This document shows, one piece after another, positions 23,871-32,010 of a stretch of DNA of 32,010 bases. Source of the DNA: Nemertoderma westbladi (Eukaryota > Animalia > Xenacoelomorpha); assembly GCA_032718475.1 (NCBI GenBank), contig JAUCBJ010007678.1, positions 1 to 32,010 on the forward strand, read 5' to 3'. The notes under the pieces are model-generated. The model had not been told where the DNA came from and ran no database searches. It worked only from the letters and a program-made list of their open reading frames with translations. Every line of letters begins with the position of its first letter. Within the stretch, counting starts at the first letter, position 1. The translations under genes were made by a program, and so were the position numbers.

Positions 23871-24400
23871 TATTATTTAATAATTATATCAAAGTAAAAT
23901 AATGTAAATCAATCTAAAAAACATTATATTATAAGCAAATTGTAAAACCACTCGTTAAGGCCCATGTTTCACTGGTAAGTCATATGTCATATGTCGTAAG
24001 ACGAAATATATTATGGAACACCAACACGTTCGTTTCAATGGGAGCGTCTCCACTCTACTGGTTAATCGTATCGTAAGTAACGACTTATGAGCGAAAGTGA
24101 TTATGTCCCATGTTCCATCTTTTTTTGACAAACGACTCATTACTTAATGGTATGCTGAAAGCCTGGATTGATACCTTTGGGTATAGAAATATTTTGTATA
24201 TGTGAGACTCATCTTATATTTTTTAACAAATGACTCTTGACTTATGTGTTACCACCAGTGGAGCAAGGGAGGTGTAATTTTGACGTTCTAAAAACAGTTG
24301 TCAGGTGACAATTTTTTGGAAATGTGATGCATACCCATCAACACTAAATTGACTTAAAAAAGGGGGTGGCTGTAAATTGTCCCTCGTTACAGGTTCATTA

Positions 24401-24600
24401 GGTTCCACCTTGGTGTAGTGGTTGCATTGAATTCCCATCTCTCTGGAGGTTGTGGGTTCGAACCTCGCATGGGCCATTTTCTTTTCGGTACGATTGATTT
24501 GAAGTGGCTAGAATGGGGTATCTCTATCTCCGCCTTGCATCCTTAAATGGTAGCTCTAAGAAGCTAACGCCGAATAAAACTTTACTTCTTTACTTTTTTT
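24401..24600 (+). mobile_element. tRNA-derived SINE
   Basis: A box TGGTGTAGTGG (24411-24421), B box GGTTCGAACC (24455-24464), unrelated body, tail AATAAAACTTTACTTCTTTACTTTT; no convincing cloverleaf. Confidence 0.8.
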
Positions 24601-25057
24601 ACAAGTGTTGACAAGTACTGCATCTTAAACAATAGTTGGTAAGTATATGTTAAAAAAAATATATAAATTTTGATAATAATTTAACAAACTAATTGGCAAC
24701 TATCAAACTACTTAGGAAACTGGTAATTCCGGTAAAATTCCGGCCGGAATTGACCCCATTCCGGCAGGAACCGGAATCGGGCAAAATCCGCCGGAATTCC
24801 GGCCGGAACGGAATTCCGGGACATCCCTAAACATTAGTCGTAAAATAAATATAAAAATTATTTATAGGGCCTAAATGCTATAAAATATATTTTTGAATGA
24901 TTTTCTACTGATTTAAGTTAACAATTCGTTAACAATAATAACAATAAAATTATATTTTATTAATTTTATAAAATTATATTTTAATAATTTTACGTCGATA
25001 TCGCTTAACACGTTTTATTTGATTTCGTAGATTAATAAATAGTTGAATAAAATACTA

Positions 25058-25225
<168 letters not shown>

Positions 25226-25261
25226 TTAGCTAATTACAGGTCGATTAATCTCGTCTGAATT

Positions 25262-25360
25262 CTGAATATTAAACTAATAATAAAGGGAAAGGAATAGGTT
25301 ACAGTGACACGTTATTCCAACCAAAACAATAAACAAATGTCAATAGAACATGTTACAGTT
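25262..25360 (-). repeat. Dispersed repeat fragment in KLF intron 1
   Basis: Reverse complement AACTGTAACATGTTC...TTTATTGTTTTGGTTGGAATAACGTGTCACTGTAACCTATTCCTTTCCC matches ~1908-1985. Confidence 0.75.
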
Positions 25361-25554
25361 AAGTTATTGACAAGACGAAGTGGATCACCAATTTCCGACC
25401 TTAGTCTTATTCGGACCTCCGACCCAACACGAACACCTTCAGATCACAATGTAGTGATTTTTTAGTTAGGCTACGGCTACCTAGTTATACCTGACGCTGA
25501 CACATGTATAATACTGAAATAGTAAACAAAGACTTCGTAGGTCACACAACTAAC

Positions 25555-26200
25555 CCGAATGGGTGCGCGCGTGCGTTTTAAGATGCGAACTTTTACTGTA
25601 AACTTTTCCGCAGTTGGGAGATACACACGCGTGAGTTTTGGGTTTAAGGCTGCCGCCCTTAACATGAGGTTTAGTAGCAGGTAAACCGATAGAATCAGAA
25701 GTGGCATTGTTTAGCGGTAGATTGGTTAAAGGGAGGGTGAAATTTGAACTCGAAGAATTCAATAAAGTTTCTTGCAGTGACGTCTGTGGAAGACTATAAT
25801 AGTGTTTGCATAAGTTATACACCACAGAATTACTGGAATGTTTATCTACACGGTGAATAGAAAGATCTAACGGAGAATCATTGCTATGAATGATAAAAAT
25901 GGACGAACCATGAGTGGGAGACTCGCTAAGTGAGCGCGAAGAAGGTGTGGGTGTCCAACTGATATTATCATCTACTTCTTTTCCGATGGTTGCTCTGCTG
26001 TCAGTTGTGATCGCGGAACTTGTTAAAGTGTTCAGATCATTATGTGTTTCACATCGCAATCCTTTGTTATGGGGAATACCATCTTGCTGGGGAATGTTTG
26101 AGTATTTCGATACCGGTACCGGTAGTAAGGAATCCAATTTACTACCGGTAATAACTGACGGAAGCCCAAGTTGAAGTGGAACAGATTCGTTATTATTCAT
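25555..26200 (-). CDS. KLF: KLF transcription factor (KLF3/8/12-like), coding exon 1 (N-terminus and ZF1)
   Basis: ATG at 26200 with an in-frame stop 8 codons upstream; S/P-rich region with PLDLS; HACVSPNCGKVYSKSSHLKTHARTHS(G); donor G|GTTAGT; no Btd box, so KLF rather than Sp. Confidence 0.93.
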
Positions 26201-26273
26201 ATTTACTTTGGTAGTTTGGCTTTAGAGCTTGAGTCTGTTTGTTACCGTTACTGCCTGATAGTGTTAGGTAATG

Positions 26274-26305
26274 CTAATAAAAGAAAAGAAGGAATAATAA
26301 AATAA
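26274..26305 (-). promoter_or_regulatory. Candidate splice acceptor implying an upstream non-coding exon
   Basis: Minus strand TTTTATTATTCCTTCTTTTCTTTTATTAG, 73 nt upstream of the KLF ATG. Confidence 0.5.
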
Positions 26306-26439
26306 GTGCTGTGCTGACAGGAAGTAGTGGTTAGTGGTTTCAGTAGTTAGTTGTATTTGTAGGTACGACTGTACGACCTATGCCCTATTGAAGGGTGTGA
26401 TTACAAAACAAAGACCCAAATAATAAAGAACTTAGAATA

Positions 26440-26845
26440 CGGGTACCAATCTCAACCTCGCTTCTATATGTCGGTCTGCCAGGCGGTTGGTCGGTCGGTC
26501 CGTCTAATCTTTGAATGCTACTACAGTAACTCAGCGAATCTTTATGATGAAATTATACCAAACGTGGTATATGTAGTATGTCAAAAGTTTAGAAAGTTTT
26601 CAGAATTTTGGCGTCGTGCATTAAAATTTTCCGCCTCTAGGAGGCGCTAAATACCACTTAGTCTAGGCTTAATAACTTTTGAACCACTTCATTGATTTTG
26701 AATAACCTATGGATGGTTCTCAATTAATTATTTAGATATTTGGTAGACATTATGATATTATTATAGTATGTGACAAACGGTTAGAGACCCACATCATCAC
26801 CATCGACCGCAGTGGGGCGTTAACAATTTTACCGCTAGTCTAGTA
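26440..26845 (+). mobile_element. Older DINE-1/Helentron-like element C
   Basis: GGTCGGTCGGTCCGTCT microsatellite, then GAAATTATACCAAAC...GTAGTA...AAAGTTTAGAAAGTTT, similar to the interior of element A; ends CTAGTCTAGT. Confidence 0.45.
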
Positions 26846-26991
26846 CAGTATATAAGTTTTTGATTTAAGAATATTACATAAACTTGCAGAGTTGCAGTGC
26901 AGAGGAAGGTCACTTGAATTTCCAATTCACAATACAATATATTGATATACAACTGTATACAAGTACAGACGTCGAGTAGGTATCGTCGTAG

Positions 26992-27369
26992 TACAATGAA
27001 AGTGAACCAAGAGGAAAGGGTTGCTGTATGGCTGTAGGTAGGTTCTGTATTAATACAATGAAAGTGAACCAAGAGGAAAGGGTTGCTGTATGGCTGTAGG
27101 TAGGTTCTGTATTAATACAATGAAAGTGAACCAAGAGGAAAGGGTTGCTGTATGGCTGTAGGTAGGTTCTGTATTAATACAATGAAAGTGAACCAAGAGG
27201 AAAGGGTTGCTGTATGGCTGTAGGTAGGTTCTGTATTAATACAATGAAAGTGAACCAAGAGGAAAGGGTTGCTGTATGGCTGTAGGTAGGTTCTGTATTA
27301 ATACAATGAAAGTGAACCAAGAGGAAAGGGTTGCTGTATGGCTGTAGGTAGGTTCTGTATTAATACAAT
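26992..27369. repeat. 62-bp tandem repeat (6 perfect copies; resumes at 28274-28362 and 30245-30333)
   Basis: TACAATGAAAGTGAACCAAGAGGAAAGGGTTGCTGTATGGCTGTAGGTAGGTTCTGTATTAA. Confidence 0.97.
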
Positions 27370-28273
27370 CAGCCCTCCCAGCTAAAAAATCGATGAAAAA
27401 AAAGGAAAAAAAAGGAAATTAAATTTTCAAAAAAAGGAGAAAAAGGATCGGATACGGTTCAAAAAAGGGACAACTGAATTGATATTATCTATCTTTAAAA
27501 AAAGGATAGTAAACATTATATTTCATTAACCTTATATAGGCCTATTAAGAAACGTCGCTGTGTTTCTAATTGTAACCTTTTTGCCTAGTTATCAGAGACG
27601 GTTGAGTTCGGCCTATTGATGGTCATTGATAGAGGGTTTATCAAACGCTTGTAATTTTGTAAATATAACTTTAGTTTGAAAGAAATATAAAAACTTTGGT
27701 ACGAATTTCCGGTCGTGGCTACATTTATATAAATAACAAAAATACTTAACTACAAAAATACTTTTAGACTCAATCAAAATTCATCCATCTCCAGGGGAAA
27801 ATGGATGCAAATAATAGCTGATTACGAGAAAAAATGAAACTATGACCTTTGTTATAGGCTTTACTTTATTGTTTGGTTAGAATAGACTGCCACTGCAACC
27901 TGTTCCTTTCCCAAAATTGAGAAACAACAATATTAATTCACCAAGTTGTGTCAATAATAATATATCCCCCCCCCCCCCTCCCTCAGAAAATAAATATATT
28001 TACAGTTCCCTCAACTGCGACATTTTTATGGTAACTTAGCTTGTGTTTTTTGTCACAATAAACATACTCAAAATAAAAAACGGCATTATTAGGCCTCTCA
28101 ATCTCTGCTATAACCTTGTCAATATCATCAGCAAGCTGAAATTGATCATCTAAACCAAAAAAAGAGGAAAAAAATGTGTGAAAATGGACAAAAAAAAGGA
28201 AAAAAGGAAACGTTCTAAAAAAAAGGAAACGTTCTAAAATAAAGGAAAAAAAAAGGAAACTCTGGGAGGCCTG
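27370..28273. mobile_element. ~0.9-kb MITE, copy 1 (intact, 6-bp TSD)
   Basis: TIR CAGCCCTCCCAG / CTGGGAGGCCTG (1 mismatch); TSD TACAAT (27364-27369, 28274-28279); subterminal AAAAGG arrays. Confidence 0.9.
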
Positions 28274-28362
28274 TACAATGAAAGCGAACCAAGAGGAAAG
28301 GGTTGCTGTATGGCTGTAGGTAGGTTCTGTATTAATACAATGAAAGTGAACCAAGGGGAAAG

Positions 28363-29306
28363 TACGGAGCCCCTAAAGGGACATGGGTTTCCCCCTTTTT
28401 TTTCTAAGTCCGGCCCGGAGATACTATCTCAGGCCCGGAGATACTAAGTCCGGCCCGGAGATACTATCTCAGGCCCGGAGATACTAAGTCCGGCCCGGAG
28501 ATACTATCTCAGGCCCGGAGATACTAAGTCCGGCCCGGAGATACTATCTCAGGCCCGGAGATACTATCTCAGGCCCTGAGATACTAAGTCCGGCCTGGAG
28601 ATACTATCTCAGGCCCGGAGATACTAAGTCCGGCCCGGAGATACTATCTCAGGCCCTGAGATACTAAGTCCGGCCCGGAGATACTATCTCAGGCCCGGAG
28701 ATACTAAGTCCGGCCCGGAGATACTATCTCAGGCCCGGAGATACTAAGTCCGGCCCGGAGATACTATCTCAGGCCCGGAGATACTAAGTCCGGCCCGGAG
28801 ATACTATCTCAGGCCCGGAGATACTAAGTCCGGCCCGGAGATACTATCTCAGGCCCGGAGATACTAAGTCCGGCCCGGAGATACTATCTCAGGCCCGGAG
28901 ATACTAAGTCCGGCCCGGAGATACTATCTCAGGCCCGAAGATACTAAGTCCGGCCCGGAGATACTAAGTCCGGCCCGGAGATACTATCTCAGGCCCGGAG
29001 ATACAAGTCCGGCCCGGAGATACTATCTCAGGCCCGAAGATACTAAGTCCGGCCCGGAGATACTAAGTCCGGCCCGGAGATACTATCTCAGCCCCGGAGA
29101 TACTAAGTCCGGCCCGGAGATACTAAGTCCGGCCCGGAGATACTAAGTCCGGCCCGGAGATACTATCTCAGGCCCTGAGATACTAAGTCCGGCCTGGAGA
29201 TACTATCTCAGGCCCGGAGATACTAAGTCCGGCCCGGAGATACTATCTCAGGCCCTGAGATACTAAGTCCGGCCCGGAGATACTATCTCAGGCCCGGAGA
29301 TACTAA
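28363..29306. repeat. 20/40-bp satellite headed by TACGGAGCCCCTAAAGGGACATGGG (probable TE terminus), copy 1
   Basis: Alternating GAGATACTAAGTCCGGCCCG / GAGATACTATCTCAGGCCCG from 28404; the head interrupts a 62-bp monomer after GGAAAG. Confidence 0.95.
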
Positions 29307-30244
29307 CAGCCCTCCCAGCCAAAAAAATCGATGAAAAAAAGGAAAAAAGGAATTTATATTTTCAAAAAAAAAAGGAAAAAAAGGATAGGATGCAGTTCAG
29401 AAAAAGGACAAAAAGGATCGGATACGGTTCAAAAAAGGGACAACTGAATTGATATTATCTATCTTTAAAAAAAGGATAGTAAACATTATATTTCATTAAC
29501 CTTATATAGGCCTATTAAGAAACGTCGCTGTGTTTCTAATTGTAACCTTTTTGCCTAGTTATCAGAGACGGTTGAGTTCGGCCTATTGATGGTCATTGAT
29601 AGAGGGTTTATCAAACGCTTGTAATTTTGTAAATATAACTTTAGTTTGAAAGAAATATAAAAACTTTGGTACGAATTTCCGGTCGTGGCTACATTTATAT
29701 AAATAACAAAAATACTTAACTACAAAAATACCTTTAGACTCAATCAAAATTCATCCATCTCCAGGGGAAAATGGATGCAAATAATAGCTGATTACGAGAA
29801 AAAATGAAACTATAACCCTTGTTATAGGCTTTACTTTATTGTTTGGTTAGAATAGACTGCCACTGCAACCTGTTCCTTTCCCAAAATTGAGAAACAACAA
29901 TATTAATTCACCAAGTTGTGTCAATAATAATATATCCCCCCCCCCCCCCTCCCTCAGAAAATAAATATATTTACAGTTCCCTCAACTGCGACATTTTTAT
30001 GGTAACTTAGCTTGTGTTTTTTGTCACAATAAACATACTCAAAATAAAAAACGGCATTATTAGGCCTCTCAATCTCTGCTATAACCTTGTCAATATCATC
30101 AGCAAGCTGAAATTGATCATCTAAACCAAAAAAAGAGGAAAAAAATGTGTGAAAATGGACAAAAAAAAGGAAAAAAGGAAACGTTCTAAAAAAAAGGAAA
30201 CGTTCTAAAATAAAGGAAAAAAAAAGGAAACTCTGGGAGGCCTG
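29307..30244. mobile_element. ~0.9-kb MITE, copy 2 (chimeric, mismatched flanks)
   Basis: Left flank TACTAA, right flank TACAAT; first ~130 bp match copy 3, the remainder matches copy 1. Confidence 0.9.
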
Positions 30245-30333
30245 TACAATGAAAGTGAACCAAGAGGAAAGGGTTGCTGTATGGCTGTAGGTAGGTTCTG
30301 TATTAATACAATGAAAGTGAACCAAGAGGAAAG

Positions 30334-31098
30334 TACGGAGCCCCTAAAGGGACATGGGTTTCCCCCTTTTTTTTCTAAGTCCGGCCCGGAGATACTATCT
30401 CAGGCCCGGAGATACTAAGTCCGGCCCGGAGATACTATCTCAGGCCCGGAGATACTAAGTCCGGCCCGGAGATACTATCTCAGGCCCGGAGATACTAAGT
30501 CCGGCCCGGAGATACTATCTCAGGCCCGGAGATACTATCTCAGGCCCTGAGATACTAAGTCCGGCCCGGAGATACTATCTCAGGCCCGGAGATACTAAGT
30601 CCGGCCCGGAGATACTATCTCAGGCCCTGAGATACTAAGTCCGGCCCGGAGATACTATCTCAGGCCCGGAGATACTAAGTCCGGCCCGGAGATACTATCT
30701 CAGGCCCGGAGATACTAAGTCCGGCCCGGAGATACTATCTCAGGCCCGGAGATACTAAGTCCGGCCCGGAGATACTATCTCAGGCCCGGAGATACTAAGT
30801 CCGGCCCGGAGATACTATCTCAGGCCCGGAGATACTAAGTCCGGCCCGGAGATACTATCTCAGGCCCGGAGATACTAAGTCCGGCCCGGAGATACTATCT
30901 CAGGCCCGGAGATACTAAGTCCGGCCCGGAGATACTAAGTCCGGCCCGGAGATACTATCTCAGGCCCTGAGATACTAAGTCCGGCCTGGAGATACTATCT
31001 CAGGCCCGGAGATACTAAGTCCGGCCCGGAGATACTATCTCAGGCCCTGAGATACTAAGTCCGGCCCGGAGATACTATCTCAGGCCCGGAGATACTAA
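30334..31098. repeat. 20/40-bp satellite with head, copy 2
   Basis: Duplicate of 28363-29306, about 180 bp shorter. Confidence 0.95.
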
Positions 31099-32010
31099 CA
31101 GCCCTCCCAGCCAAAAAAATCGATGAAAAAAAGGAAAAAAGGAATTTATATTTTCAAAAAAAAAAGGAAAAAAAGGATAGGATGCAGTTCAGAAAAAGGA
31201 CAAAAAGGATCGGATACGGTTCAAAAAAAGGGAAAAACTGAATTGATATTATCTTTAAAAAAGGATAGTAAACATTATATTTCATTAACCTTATATATAT
31301 AGGCCTATTAAGAAACGTCACTGTATGTTTCTAATTTTCACCTTTTTGCCTAGTTATCAGAGATGGTTGAATTCGGCCTATTGATGGCCATTGATAGAGG
31401 TTTATCAAACGCTTGTAAATAGAACTTTAGTTTGAAAGAAATATAAGGCCCAAAAACTTTGGTACGGATTTCTGGTCGTGGCTACATTTATATAAATAAC
31501 AAAAATACTTTTAGACTCAATCAAAATTCATCCATCTCCAGGGGAAAACGGATGCAAATAATAGGTGATTATGAGCAAAAATGAAACTATAACCCTTGTT
31601 ATAGGCTTTACTTTATTGTTTTGGTTAGAATAGACTACCACTGCAACTTGTTCCTTTCCCTAAATTAAAAAACAACAATATTAATTCACCAAGGCGGGTT
31701 TTGTGTCAATCATAATATATCCCCCCCTCAGAAAATAAATAAATTTACAGTTCCCTCAACTGCTACATTTTTATGGTAGCTTAGCTTGTGATTTTTGTCA
31801 AAATAAACATACTCAAAATAAAAAACGGCATTATTATGCCCGTCAATCTCTGTTATAACCTTGTCAATATCAACAGCAAGCTGAAGTTGATCTTCTAAAC
31901 CAAAAAAAGAGGAAAAAAATGTGTGAAAATGGACAAAAAAAGGAAAAAAGGAAACGTTCTAAAAAAAAGGAAAAAAAGGAAACGTTCTAAAATAAAGGAA
32001 AAAAAAGGAA
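31099..32010. mobile_element. ~0.9-kb MITE, copy 3 (diverged; runs off the window)
   Basis: Left TIR CAGCCCTCCCAG preceded by TACTAA; many substitutions and indels versus copy 1; the window ends in the right subterminal AAAAGG array. Confidence 0.88.

Larger units (their letters stand above)
22891..24829. mobile_element. Non-autonomous hAT (Ac-like) DNA transposon in KLF intron 2, with nested insertions
   Basis: 17-bp TIR TAGGGATGTCCCGGAAT; 8-bp TSD AACATTAG (22883-22890, 24830-24837); subterminal CCGGAA arrays at both ends; no transposase ORF. Confidence 0.93.

Noticed and set aside
24401-24476. tRNA gene
   Set aside because: A and B boxes are present but there is no convincing acceptor or anticodon stem, and it continues into a body and simple-repeat tail, so SINE.
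26797-30325. Repeated MVHFHCINTEPTY... ORFs, including two of 123 aa
   Set aside because: Antisense translations of the 62-bp repeat running into MITE sequence.

Overview
AT-rich, repeat-dominated animal (probably aquatic invertebrate) genomic DNA; not prokaryotic, no CRISPR. The only host gene I can support is a Kruppel-like factor (KLF) on the minus strand, with three coding exons (26200-25555, 25209-25060, 22438-22380; 284 aa). It has a PLDLS motif and three C2H2 fingers, the third split by an intron that holds a nested hAT element. A full-length 5431-bp Ty1/copia LTR retrotransposon with GalEa-clade signatures (3767-9197, minus) sits inside a 35/42-bp satellite. It has identical 150-bp LTRs and a GACTC TSD, yet its gag-pol has three frame breaks, a stop, and lacks the RT [Y/H]VDD motif. 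Also present: two decayed non-LTR RT fragments, a tRNA-derived SINE, DINE-1/Helentron-like elements carrying CTCF-like motifs, and tandem repeats of 17, 20/40, 35/42, 62 and 466 bp. At the right end, three copies of a ~0.9-kb MITE form a tandem duplication whose middle copy is a recombinant of the other two. All coordinates and counts were read by eye; family names come from motif recognition, not database searches. I found no evidence for a new enzymatic system; the interesting signals concern TE and satellite dynamics.
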